Part shown: one piece after another, positions 1-13,783 of the stretch | Position numbering within the stretch: position 1 is the stretch's first letter | Layout: every line of letters starts with the position of its first letter | NCBI GenBank assembly: GCA_964016885.1 | Contig: OZ024741.1 | Span: forward strand, 405,728,001-405,792,000 | Length of the DNA stretch: 64,000 nucleotides | Direction: 5' to 3' | From: Eledone cirrhosa | Lineage: Eukaryota | Program-made: the position numbers and the translations under genes | The notes under the pieces: model-generated | The model's database searches: none | What the model was told of the DNA's origin: nothing | Seen by the model: only the letters and a program-made list of their open reading frames with translations

Positions 1-3000
1 ATACTGCCTGGTTTATTTCAGGTTATTGAGATTAGGGAGAATTGTAGGCTAGCTGAAAGTATTTAGGTTCATACTGCCTGGTTTATTTCAGGTTATTGAG
101 ATTATAAGAATTGTAGACTAGCTGAAAGTATTTAGGTTCATACTGCCTGGTTTATTTCAGGTTATTGAGATTCGGAGAATTGTAGACTAGCTGACAGTAT
201 TTAGGTTCATACTGCCTGTTTTATTGCAGGTTATTGAGATTAGGGAGAATTGTAGACTAGCTGAAAGTATTTAGGTTCATACTGCCTGGTCTATTTCAGG
301 TTATTGAGATTAGGAAGAATTGTAGACTAGCTGAAAGTATTTAGATTCATACTGCCTGGTCTATTTCAGGTTATTGAGATAAGGAAGAATTGTAGACTAG
401 CTGAAAGTACTTAGGTTCATACTGCCTGGTTTATTTCAGGTTATTGAGATTGGTAGAATTGTAGACTAGCTGAAAGTATTTAGGTTCATACTGCCTGGTC
501 TATTTCAGGTTATTGAGATTAGAAGAATTGTAGACTAGCTGAAAGTATTTAGGTTCATACTGCCTGGTTTATTTCAGGTTATTGAGATTGGAAGAATTGT
601 AGACTAGCTGAAAGTATTTAGGTTCATGCTGCCTGGTTTATTTCAGGTTATTGAGATTGGAAGAATTGTAGACAAGCTGAAAGCATTTAGGTTCAAACTG
701 CCTGGTTTATTTCAGGTTATTGAGATTAGAAGAATTGTAGACTAGCTGAAAGTATTTAGGTTCATACTGCCTGGTTTATTTCAGGTTATTGAGATTAGAA
801 GAATTGTAGACAAGCTGAAAGCATTTAGGTTCAAACTGCCTGGTTTATTTCAGGTTATTGAGATTAGAAGAATTGTAGACTAGCTGAAAGTATTTAGGTT
901 CATACTGCCTGGTTTATTTCAGGTTATTGAGATTGGAAGAATTGTAGACAAGCTGAAAGTATTTAGGTTCAAACTGCCTGGTTTATTTCAGGTTATTGAG
1001 ATTGGAAGAATTGTAGACTAGCTGAAAGTATTTAGGTTCATACTGCCTGGTCTATTTCAGGTTCTTGAGATTGCAAGAATTGTAGACTAGCTGAAAGCAT
1101 TTAGGTTCATACTGCCTAGTTTATTTCAGGTTATTGAGATTGGAAGAATTGTCAACTAGCTGAAAGTATTTAGGTTCAAACTGCCTGGTTTATTTCAGGT
1201 TATTGAAATTAGAAGAATTGTAGACAAGCTGAAAGTATTTAGGTTCATACTGCCTGGTTTATTTCAGGTTATTGAGATTAGGGAGAATTGTAGGCTAGCT
1301 GAAAGTATTTAGGTTCATACTGCCTGGTTTATTTCAGGTTATTGAGATTATAAGAATTGTAGACTAGCTGAAAGTATTTAGGTTCATACTGCCTGGTTTA
1401 TTTCAGGTTATTGAGATTCGGAGAATTGTAGACTAGCTGACAGTATTTAGGTTCATACTGCCTGGTCTATTTCAGGTTATTGAGACTGGGAGAATTGTAG
1501 ACTAGCTGAAAGTATTTAGGTTCATACTGCCTGGTCTATTTCAGGTTATTGAGACTGGGAGAATTGTAGACTAGCTGAAAGTATTTAGGTTCATACTGCC
1601 TGGTTTATTTCAGGTTATTGAGATTAGGGAGAATTGTAGACTAGCTGACAGTATTTAGGTTCATACTGCCTGGTTTATTTCAGGTTATTGAGATTAGGGA
1701 GAATTGTAGACTAGCTGACAGTATTTAGGTTCATACTGCCTGGTTTATTTCAGGTTATTGAGATTAGGGAGAATTGTAGACTAGCTGACAGTATTTAGGT
1801 TCATACTGCCTGGTTTATTTCAGGTTATTGAGATTAGGGAGAATTGTAGACTAGCTGAAAGTATTTAGGTTCATACTGCCTGGTCTATTTCAGGTTATTG
1901 AGATTCGGAGAATTGTAGACTAGCTGACAGTATTTAGGTTCATACTGCCTGGTTTATTTCAGGTTATTGAGATTAGGGAGAATTGTAGACTAGCTGAAAG
2001 TATTTAGGTTCATACTGACTGGTCTATTTCAGGTTATTGAGATTAGGAAGAATTGTAGACTAGCTGAAAGTATTTAGGTTCATACTGCCTGGTCTATTTC
2101 AGGTTATTGAGATTAGGAAGAATTGTAGACTAGCTGAAAGTACTTAGGTTCATACTGCCTGGTTTATTTCAGGTTATTGAGATTGGTAGAATTGTAGACT
2201 AGCTGAAAGTATTTAGGTTCATACTGCCTGGTCTATTTCAGGCTGTTCAGATTAGGAAGAATTGTAGACTAGCTGAATATATTTAGGTTCATACTGCCTG
2301 GTCTATTTCAGGTTATTGAGCTTAGGGAGAATTGTAGACTAGCTGAAAGTATTTAGGTTCATACTGCCTGGTCTATTTCAGGTTATTGAGTTTAGGGAGA
2401 ATTGTAGACTAGCTGAAAGTATTTAGGTTCATACTGCCTGGTTTATTTCAGGTTATTGAGATTGGAAGAATTGTAGACAAGCTGAAAGTATTTAGGTTCA
2501 AACTGCCTGGTTTACTTCAGGTTATTGAGATTAGAAGAATTGTAGACTAGCTGAAAGTATTTAGGTTCATACTGCCTGGTTTATTTCAGGTTATTGAGAT
2601 TGGAAGAATTGTAGACTATCTGAAAGTATTTAGGTTCATGCTGCCTGGTTTATTTCAGGTTATTGAGATTGGAAGAATTGTAGACAAGCTGAAAGCATTT
2701 AGGTTCAAACTGCCTGGTTTATTTCAGGTTATTGAGATTAGAAGAATTGTAGACTAGCTGAAAGTATTTAGGTTCATACTGCCTGGTTTATTTCAGGTTA
2801 TTGAGATTGGAAGAATTGTAGACAAGCTGAAAGTATTTAGGTTCAAACTGCCTGGTTTATTTCAGGTTATTGAGATTGGAAGAATTGTAGACTAGCTGAA
2901 AGTATTTAGGTTCATACTGCCTGGTCTATTTCAGGTTCTTGAGATTGCAAGAATTGTAGACTAGCTGAAAGCATTTAGGTTCATACTGCCTGGTTTATTT

Positions 3001-6000
3001 CAGGTTATTGAGATTGGAAGAATTGTCAACTAGCTGAAAGTATTTAGGTTCAAACTGCCTGGTTTATTTCAGGTTATTGAGATTAGAAGAATTGTAGACA
3101 AGCTGAAAGTATTTAGGTTCAAACTGCCTGGTTTATTTCAGGTTATTGAGATTAGAAGAATTGTAGACTAGCTGAAAGTATTTAGGTTCATACTGCCTGG
3201 TTTATTTCAGGTTATTGAGATTTGAAGAATTGTAGACGAGCTGAAAGTATTTAAGTTCATACTGCCTGATTTATTTCAGGTTATTGAGATTTGAAGAATT
3301 GTAGACTAGCTGAAAGTATTTAAGTTCATACTGACTGATTTATTTCAGGTTATTGAGATTAGGGAGAATTGTAGGCTAGCTGAAAGTATTTAGGTTCATA
3401 CTGCCTGGTTTATTTCAGGTTATTGAGATTATAAGAATTGTAGACTAGCTGAAAGTATTTAGGTTCATACTGCCTGGTTTATTTCAGGTTATTGAGATTA
3501 GGAAGAATTGTAGACTAGCTGACAGTATTTAGGTTCATACTGCCTGGTCTATTTCAGGTTATTGAGACTGGGAGAATTGTAGACTAGCTGAAAGTATTTA
3601 GGTTCATACTGCCTGGTCTATTTCAGGTTATTGAGACTGGGAGAATTGTAGACTAGCTGAAAGTATTTAGGTTCATACTGCCAGTTCTATTTCAGGTTAT
3701 TGAGATTATAAGAATTGTAGACTAGCTGAAAGTATTTAGGTTCATACTGCCTGGTTTATTTCAGGTTATTGAGATTAGGGAGAATTGTAGACTAGCTGAC
3801 AGTATTTAGGTTCATACTGCCTGGTCAATTTCAGGTTCTTGAGATTCGGAGAATTGTAGACTAGCTGACAGTATTTAGGTTCATACTGCCTGGTTTATTT
3901 CAGGTTATTGAGATTAGGGAGAATTGTAGACCAGCTGAAAGTATTTAGGTTCATACTGCCTGGTCTATTTCAGGTTATTGAGATTAGGAAGAATTGTAGA
4001 CTAGCTGAAAGTATTTAGGTTCATACTGCCTGGTTTATTTCAGGTTATTGAGATTCGGAGAATTGTAGACTAGCTGAAAGTATTTAGGTTCATACTGCCT
4101 GGTTTATTTCAGGTTATTGAGATTATAAGAATTGTAGACTGGAAGAAAGTATTTCGGTTCATACTGCCTGGTGTATTTCAGGTTATTGAGATTTGAAGAA
4201 TTGTAGACTAGCTGAATGTATTTAAGTTCATACTGCCTGGTTTATTTCAGGTTATTGAGATTAGGGAGAATTGTAGGCTAGTTGAAAGTATTTAGGTTCA
4301 TACTGCCTGGTTTATTTCAGGTTATTGAGATTATAAGAATTGTAGACTAGCTGAAAGTATTTAGGTTCATACTGCCTGGTTTATTTCAGGTTATTGAGAT
4401 TCGGAGAATTGTAGACTAGCTGACAGTATTTAGGTTCATACTGCCTGGTCTATTTCAGGTTATTGAGACTGGGAGAATTGTAGACTAGCTGAAAGTATTT
4501 AGGTTCATACTGCCTGGTCTATTTCAGGTTATTGAGACTGGGAGAATTGTAGACTAGCTGACAGTATTTAGGTTCATACTGCCTGGTCTATTTCAGGTTA
4601 TTGAGATTCGGAGAATTGTAGACTAGCTGACAGTATTTAGGTTCATACTGCCTGGTTTATTTCAGGTTATTGAGATTAGGGAGAATTGTAGACTAGCTGA
4701 AAGTATTTAGGTTCATACTGCCTGGTCTATTTCAGGTTATTGAGATTAGGAAGAATTGTAGACCAGCTGAAAATATTTAGGTTCATACTGCCTGGTCTAT
4801 TTCAGGTTATTGAGATTAGGAAGAATTGTAGACTAGCTGAAAGTACTTAGGTTCATACTGCCTGGTTTATTTCAGGTTATTGAGATTGGTAGAATTGTAG
4901 ACTAGCTGAAAGTATTTAGGTTCATACTGCCTGGTCTATTTCAGGTTATTGAGCTTAGGGAGAATTGTAGACTAGCTGAAAGTATTTAGGTTCATACTGC
5001 CTGGTCTATTTCAGGTTATTGAGTTTAGGGAGAATTGTAGAGTAGCTGAAAGTATTTAGGTTTATACTGCCTGGTCTATTTCAGCTTATTGAGATTAGGG
5101 AGAATTGTAGAGTAGCTGAAAGTATTTAGGTTCATACTGCCTGGTTTATTTCAGGTTATTGAGATTGGAAGAATTGTAGACAAGCTGAAAGTATTTAGGT
5201 TCAAACTGCCTGGTTTATTTCAGGTTATTGAGATTAGAAGAATTGTAGACTAGCTGAAAATATTTAGGTTCATACTGCCTGGTTTATTTCAGGTTATTGA
5301 GATTGGAATAATTGTAGACTAGCTGAAAGGATTTAGGTTCATGCTGCCTAGTTTATTTCAGGTTATTGTGATTGGAAGAATTGTAGACAAGCTGAAAGCA
5401 TTTAGGTTCAAACTGCCTGGTTTATTTCAGGTTATTGAGATTAGAAGAATTGTAGACTAGCTGAAAGTATTTAGGTTCATAGTGCCTGGTTTATTTCAGG
5501 TTATTGAGATTGGAAGAATTGTAGACAAGCTGAAAGTATTTAGGTTCAAACTGCCTGGTTTATTTCAGGTTATTGAGATTGGAAGAATTGTAGACTAGCT
5601 GAAAGTATTTAGGTTCATACTGCCTGTCCTATTTCAGGTTATTGAAATTGTAAGAATTGTAGACAAGCTGAATGTATTTAGGTTCATACTGCCTGGTTTA
5701 TTTCAGGTTATTGAGATTAGGGAGAATTGTAGGCTAGCTGAAAGTATTTAGGTTCATACTGCCTGGTTTATTTCAGGTTATTGAGATTATAAGAATTGTA
5801 GACTAGCTGAAAGTATTTAGGTTCATACTGCCTGGTTTATTTCAGGTAATTGAGATTCGGAGAATTGTAGACTAGCTGACAGTATTTAGGTTCATACTGC
5901 CTGGTCTATTTCAGGTTATTGAGACTGGGAGAATTGTAGACTAGCTGAAAGTATTTAGGTTCATACTGCCTGGTCTATTTCAGGTTATTGAGACTGGGAG

Positions 6001-9000
6001 AATTGTAGACTAGCTGAAAGTATTTAGGTTCATACTGCCTGGTTTATTTCAGGTTATTGAGATTAGGGAGAATTCTAGACTAGCTGACAGTATTTAGGTT
6101 CATACTGCCTGGTCTATTTCAGGTTATTGAGATTCGGAGAATTGTAGACTAGCTGACAGTATTTAGGTTCATACTGCCTGGTTTATTTCAGGTTATTGAG
6201 ATTAGGGAGAATTGTAGACTAGCTGAAAGTATTTAGGTTCATACTGACTGGTCTATTTCAGGTTATTGAGATTAGGAAGAATTGTAGAGTAGCTGAAAGT
6301 ATTTAGGTTCATACTGCCTCGTCTATTTCAGGTTATTGAGATTAGGAAGAATTGTAGACTAGCTGAAAGTACTTAGGTTCATACTGCCTGGTTTATTTCA
6401 GGTTATTGAGATTGGTAGAATTGTAGACTAGCTGAAAGTATTTAGGTTCAAACTGCCTGGTTTATTTCAGGCTATTCAGATTAGGGAGAATTGTAGACTA
6501 GCTGAAAGTATTTAGGTTCATACTGCCTGGTCTATTTCAGGTTATTGAGTTTAGGGAGAATTGTAGACTAGCTGAAAGTATTTATGTTCATACTGCCTGG
6601 TCTATTTCAGGTTATTGAGATTAGGGAGAATTGTAGAGTAGCTGAAAGTATTTAGGTTCATACTGCCTGGTCTATTTCAGCTTATTGAGATTAGGGAGAA
6701 TTGTAGAGTAGCTGAAAGTATTTAGGTTCATACTGCCTGGTTTATTTCAGGTTATTGAGATTGGAAGAATTGTAGACAAGCTGAAAGTATTTAGGTTCAA
6801 ACTGCCTGGTTTATTTCAGGTTATTGAGATTAGAAGAATTGTAGACTAGCTGAAAGTATTTAGGTTCATACTGCCTGGTTTATTTCAGGTTATTGAGATT
6901 GGAAGAATTGTAGACTAGCTGAAAGTATTTAGGTTCATGCTGCCTGGTTTATTTCAGGTTATTGAGATTGGAAGAATTGTAGACAAGCTGAAAGCATTTA
7001 GGTTCAAACTGCCTGGTTTATTTCAGGTTATTGAGATTAGAAGAATTGTAGACTAGCTGAAAGTATTTAGGTTCATACTGCCTGGTTTATTTCAGGTTAT
7101 TGAGATTGGAAGAATTGTAGACAAGCTGAAAGTATTTAGGTTCAAACTGCCTGGTTTATTTCAGGTTATTGAGATTGGAAGAATTGTAGACTAGCTGAAA
7201 GTATTTAGGTTCATACTGCCTGGTCTATTTCAGGTTCTTGAGATTGCAAGAATTGTAGACTAGCTGAAAGCATTTAGGTTCATACTGCCTGATTTATTTC
7301 AGGTTATTGAGATTTGAAGAATTGTAGACTAGCTGAAAGTATTTAAGTTCATACTGACTGATTTATTTCAGGTTATTGAGATTAGGGAGAATTGTAGGCT
7401 AGCTGAAAGTATTTAGGTTCATACTGCCTGGTTTATTTCAGGTTATTGAGATTATAAGAATTGTAGACTAGCTGAAAGTATTTAGGTTCATACTGCCTGG
7501 TTTATTTCAGGTTATTGAGATTAGGAAGAATTGTAGACTAGCTGACAGTATTTAGGTTCATACTGCCTGGTCTATTTCAGGTTATTGAGACTGGGAGAAT
7601 TGTAGACTAGCTGAAAGTATTTAGGTTCATACTGCCTGGTCTATTTCAGGTTATTGAGACTGGGAGAATTGTAGACTAGCTGAAAGTATTTAGGTTCATA
7701 CTGCCAGTTCTATTTCAGGTTATTGAGATTATAAGAATTGTAGACTAGCTGAAAGTATTTAGGTTCATACTGCCTGGTCAATTTCAGGTTCTTGAGATTC
7801 GGAGAATTGTAGACTAGCTGACAGTATTTAGGTTCATACTGCCTGGTCAATTTCAGGTTCTTGAGATTCGGAGAATTGTAGACTAGCTGACAGTATTTAG
7901 GTTCATACTGCCTGGTTTATTTCAGGTTATTGAGATTAGGGAGAATTGTAGACTAGCTGAAAGTATTTAGGTTCATACTGCCTGGTCTATTTCAGGTTAT
8001 TGAGATTAGGAAGAATTGTAGACTAGCTGAAAGTATTTAGGTTCATGCTGCCTGGTTTATTTCAGGTTATTGAGATTGGAAGAATTGTAGACAAGCTGAA
8101 AGCATTTAGGTTCAAACTGCCTGGTTTATTTCAGGTTATTGAGATTAGAAGAATTGTAGACTAGCTGAAAGTATTTAGGTTCATACTGCCTGGTTTATTT
8201 CAGGTTATTGAGATTGGAAGAATTGTAGACAAGCTGAAAGTATTTAGGTTCAAACTGCCTGGTTTATTTCAGGTTATTGAGATTGGAAGAATTGTAGACT
8301 AGCTGAAAGTATTTAGGTTCATACTGCCTGGTCTATTTCAGGTTCTTGAGATTGCAAGAATTGTAGACTAGCTGAAAGCATTTAGGTTCATACTGCCTGG
8401 TTTATTTCAGGTTATTGAGATTGGAAGAATTGTCAACTAGCTGAAAGTATTTAGGTTCAAACTGCCTGGTTTATTTCAGGTTATTGAGATTAGAAGAATT
8501 GTAGACAAGCTGAAAGTATTTAGGTTCAAACTACCTGGTTTATTTCAGGTTATTGAGATTAGAAGAATTGTAGACTAGCTGAAAGTATTTAGGTTCATAC
8601 TGCCTGGTTTATTTCAGGTTATTGAGATTTGAAGAATTGTAGACGAGCTGAAAGTATTTAAGTTCATACTGCCTGATTTATTTCAGGTTATTGAGATTTG
8701 AAGAATTGTAGACTAGCTGAAAGTATTTAAGTTCATACTGACTGATTTATTTCAGGTTATTGAGATTAGGGAGAATTGTAGGCTAGCTGAAAGTATTTAG
8801 GTTCATACTGCCTGGTTTATTTCAGGTTATTGAGATTATAAGAATTGTAGACTAGCTGAAAGTATTTAGGTTCATACTGCCTGGTTTATTTCAGGTTATT
8901 GAGATTAGGAAGAATTGTAGACTAGCTGACAGTATTTAGGTTCATACTGCCTGGTCTATTTCAGGTTATTGAGACTGGGAGAATTGTAGACTAGCTGAAA

Positions 9001-9460
9001 GTATTTAGGTTCATACTGCCTGGTCTATTTCAGGTTATTGAGACTGGGAGAATTGTAGACTAGCTGAAAGTATTTAGGTTCATACTGCCAGTTCTATTTC
9101 AGGTTATTGAGATTATAAGAATTGTAGACTAGCTGAAAGTATTTAGGTTCATACTGCCTGGTCAATTTCAGGTTCTTGAGATTCGGAGAATTGTAGACTA
9201 GCTGACAGTATTTAGGTTCATACTGCCTGGTCAATTTCAGGTTCTTGAGATTCGGAGAATTGTAGACTAGCTGACAGTATTTAGGTTCATACTGCCTGGT
9301 TTATTTCAGGTTCTTGAGATTGGAAGAATTGTAGACAAGCTGAAAGTATTTAGGTTCATACTGCCTGGTCTATTTCAGTTTATTGAGATTAGAGAGAATT
9401 GTAGACTAGCTGAAAGCATTTAGGTTCATACTGCCTGGTCTATTTCAGGTTATTCAGATT
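1..9460. repeat. Left variant domain: irregular reiteration of a multi-monomer cassette with variable period
   Basis: Rare markers recur. AAGTACTTAGG (TAC at 408, 2141, 4844, 6370); GGTTCATGCTG (621, 2633, 5336, 6932, 8040); GTCAAC (1151, 3025, 8432); CCAGTTC (3681, 7704, 9088). An offset of 2703 is shared by two markers and 5407 by two others. Confidence 0.85.
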
Positions 9461-9479
9461 AGGAAGAATTGTAGACTAG

Positions 9480-12400
9480 CTGAAAGTATTTATGTTCATA
9501 CTGCCTGGTCTATTTCAGGTTATTGAGCTTAGGGAGAATTGTAGACTAGCTGAAAGTATTTAGGTTCATACTGCGTGGTCTATTTCAGGTTATTGAGTTT
9601 AGGGAGAATTGTAGACTAGCTGAAAATATTTAGGTTCATACTGCCTGGTTAATTTCAGGTTATTGAGATTAGGAAGAATTGTAGACTAGCTGAAAGTATT
9701 TAGGTTCATACTGCCTGGTCTATTTCAGGTTATTGAGATTAGGGAGAATTGTAGACTAGCTGGAAGTATTTAGGTTCATACTGCCTGGTCTACTTCAGGT
9801 TATTTAGATTAGGGAGAATTGTAGACTAGCTGAAAGTATTTAGGTTCAAACTGCCTGGTTTATTTCAGGTTATTGAGATTAGAAGAATTGTAGACTAGCT
9901 CAAAGTATTTAGGTTCATACTGCCTGGTTTATTTCAGGTTATTGAGATTGGAAGAATTGTAGACAAGCTGAAAGCATTTATGTTCATACAGCCTGGTTTA
10001 TTTCAGGTTATTGAGATTAGAGAGAATTGTAGACTAGCTGAAAGTATTTAGGTTCATACTGCCTGGTTTATTTCAGGTTATTGAGATTATAAGAATTGTA
10101 GACTAGAAGAAAGTATTTCGGTTCATACTGCCTGGTGTATTTCAGGTTATTGAGATTTGAAGAATTGTAGACTAGCTGAATGTATTTAAGTTCATACTGC
10201 CTGGTTTATTTCAGGTTATTGAGATTAGGGAGAATTGTAGGCTAGCTGAAAGTATTTAGGTTCATACTGCCTGGTTTATTTCAGGTTATTGAGATTATAA
10301 GAATTGTAGACTAGCTGAAAGTATTTAGGTTCATACTGCCTGGTTTATTTCAGGTTATTGAGATTCGGAGAATTGTAGACTAGCTGAAAGTATTTAGGTT
10401 CATACTGCCTGGTCTATTTCAGGTTATTGAGATTATAAGAATTGTAGACTACCTGAAAGTATTTAGGTTCATACTGCCTGGTAATTTCAGGTTATTGAGA
10501 TTAGGGAGAATTGTAGACTAGCTGACAGTATTTAGGTTCATACTGCCTGGTCTATTTCAGGTTATTGAGATTCGGAGAATTGTAGACTAGCTGACAGTAT
10601 TTAGGCTCATACTGCCTGGTTTATTTCAGGTTATTGAGATTAGGGAGAATTGTAGACTAGCTGAAAGTATTTAGGTTCATACTGCCTGGTCTATTTCAGG
10701 TTATTGAGATTAGGAAGAATTGTAGACTAGCTGAAAGTATTTAGGTTCATACTGCCTGGTCTATTTCAGGTTATTGAGATTAGGAAGAATTGTAGACTAG
10801 CTGAAAGTATTTAGGTTCATACTGCCTGGTCTATTTCAGGTTATTGAGATTAGGGAGAATTGTAGACTAGCTGAAAGTATTTAGGTTCATACTGCCTGGT
10901 TTATTTCAGGTTATTGAGATTGGAAGAATTGTAGACAAGATGAAAATATTTAGGTTCAAACTGCTTGGTCTATTTCAGGTTCTTGAGATTGCAAGAATTG
11001 TAGACTAGCTGAAAGCATTTAGGTTCATACTGCCTGGTTTATTTCAGGTTATTGAGATTAGAGAGAATTGTAGACTAGCTGAAAGTATTTAGGTTCATAC
11101 TGCCTGGTTTATTTCAGGTTATTGAGATTATAAGAATTGTAGACTAGAAGAAAGTATTTAGGTTCATACTGCCTGGTATATTTCAGGTTATTGAGATTGG
11201 AAGAATTGTAGACTAGCTGAAAGTATTTAGGTTCATACTGCCTGGTTTATTTCAGGTTATTGAGAATTGAAGAATTGTAGACGAGCTGAAAGTATTTAGG
11301 TTCATACTGCCTGGTATATTTCAGGTTATTGAGATTTGAAGAATTGTAGACTAGCTGAAAGTATTTAAGTTCATACTGACTGATTTATTTCAGGTTATTG
11401 AGATTAGGGAGAATTGTAGGCTAGCTGAAAGTATTTAGGTTCATACTGCCTGGTTTATTTCAGGTTATTGAGATTATAAGAATTGTAGACTAGCTGAAAG
11501 TATTTAGGTTCATACTGCCTGGTTTATTTCAGGTTATTGAGATTCGGAGAATTGTAGACTAGCTGACAGTATTTAGGTTCATACTGCCTGGTCTATTTCA
11601 GGTTATTGAGACTGGGAGAATTGTAGACTAGCTGAAAGTATTTATGTTCATACTGCCTGGTCTATTTCAGGTTATTGAGCTTAGGGAGAATTGTAGACTA
11701 GCTGAAAGTATTTAGGTTCATACTGCGTGGTCTATTTCAGGTTATTGAGTTTAGGGAGAATTGTAGACTAGCTGAAAATATTTAGGTTCATACTGCCTGG
11801 TTAATTTCAGGTTATTGAGATTAGGAAGAATTGTAGACTAGCTGAAAGTATTTAGGTTCATACTGCCTGGTCTATTTCAGGTTATTGAGATTAGGGAGAA
11901 TTGTAGACTAGCTGGAAGTATTTAGGTTCATACTGCCTGGTCTACTTCAGGTTATTTAGATTAGGGAGAATTGTAGACTAGCTGAAAGTATTTAGGTTCA
12001 AACTGCCTGGTTTATTTCAGGTTATTGAGATTAGAAGAATTGTAGACTAGCTCAAAGTATTTAGGTTCATACTGCCTGGTTTATTTCAGGTTATTGAGAT
12101 TGGAAGAATTGTAGACAAGCTGAAAGCATTTATGTTCATACAGCCTGGTTTATTTCAGGTTATTGAGATTAGAGAGAATTGTAGACTAGCTGAAAGTATT
12201 TAGGTTCATACTGCCTGGTTTATTTCAGGTTATTGAGATTATAAGAATTGTAGACTAGAAGAAAGTATTTCGGTTCATACTGCCTGGTGTATTTCAGGTT
12301 ATTGAGATTTGAAGAATTGTAGACTAGCTGAATGTATTTAAGTTCATACTGCCTGGTTTATTTCAGGTTATTGAGATTAGGGAGAATTGTAGGCTAGCTG

Positions 12401-13783
12401 AAAGTATTTAGGTTCATACTGCCTGGTTTATTTCAGGTTATTGAGATTATAAGAATTGTAGACTAGCTGAAAGTATTTAGGTTCATACTGCCTGGTTTAT
12501 TTCAGGTTATTGAGATTCGGAGAATTGTAGACTAGCTGAAAGTATTTAGGTTCATACTGCCTGGTCTATTTCAGGTTATTGAGATTATAAGAATTGTAGA
12601 CTACCTGAAAGTATTTAGGTTCATACTGCCTGGTAATTTCAGGTTATTGAGATTAGGGAGAATTGTAGACTAGCTGACAGTATTTAGGTTCATACTGCCT
12701 GGTCTATTTCAGGTTATTGAGATTCGGAGAATTGTAGACTAGCTGACAGTATTTAGGCTCATACTGCCTGGTTTATTTCAGGTTATTGAGATTAGGGAGA
12801 ATTGTAGACTAGCTGAAAGTATTTAGGTTCATACTGCCTGGTCTATTTCAGGTTATTGAGATTAGGAAGAATTGTAGACTAGCTGAAAGTATTTAGGTTC
12901 ATACTGCCTGGTCTATTTCAGGTTATTGAGATTAGGAAGAATTGTAGACTAGCTGAAAGTATTTAGGTTCATACTGCCTGGTCTATTTCAGGTTATTGAG
13001 ATTAGGGAGAATTGTAGACTAGCTGAAAGTATTTAGGTTCATACTGCCTGGTTTATTTCAGGTTATTGAGATTGGAAGAATTGTAGACAAGATGAAAATA
13101 TTTAGGTTCAAACTGCTTGGTCTATTTCAGGTTCTTGAGATTGCAAGAATTGTAGACTAGCTGAAAGCATTTAGGTTCATACTGCCTGGTTTATTTCAGG
13201 TTATTGAGATTAGAGAGAATTGTAGACTAGCTGAAAGTATTTAGGTTCATACTGCCTGGTTTATTTCAGGTTATTGAGATTATAAGAATTGTAGACTAGA
13301 AGAAAGTATTTAGGTTCATACTGCCTGGTATATTTCAGGTTATTGAGATTGGAAGAATTGTAGACTAGCTGAAAGTATTTAGGTTCATACTGCCTGGTTT
13401 ATTTCAGGTTATTGAGAATTGAAGAATTGTAGACGAGCTGAAAGTATTTAGGTTCATACTGCCTGGTATATTTCAGGTTATTGAGATTTGAAGAATTGTA
13501 GACTAGCTGAAAGTATTTAAGTTCATACTGACTGATTTATTTCAGGTTATTGAGATTAGGGAGAATTGTAGGCTAGCTGAAAGTATTTAGGTTCATACTG
13601 CCTGGTTTATTTCAGGTTATTGAGATTATAAGAATTGTAGACTAGCTGAAAGTATTTAGGTTCATACTGCCTGGTTTATTTCAGGTTATTGAGATTCGGA
13701 GAATTGTAGACTAGCTGACAGTATTTAGGTTCATACTGCCTGGTCTATTTCAGGTTATTGAGACTGGGAGAATTGTAGACTAG
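9480..13783. repeat. Tandem duplication of a 2,152-bp (~31 monomer) block, about 9480-11631 and 11632-13783
   Basis: TATGTTCATACT at 9491/11643, CTGCGTGG at 9571/11723 and TGAGAATTGA at 11261/13413 all have offset 2152. Confidence 0.93.

Noticed and set aside
13-24. Splice-acceptor-like TTTATTTCAG|G in every monomer, suggesting a micro-exon array
   Set aside because: Such words are common in AT-rich repeats, there is no consistent strong donor or preserved frame, and there is no transcript evidence here.
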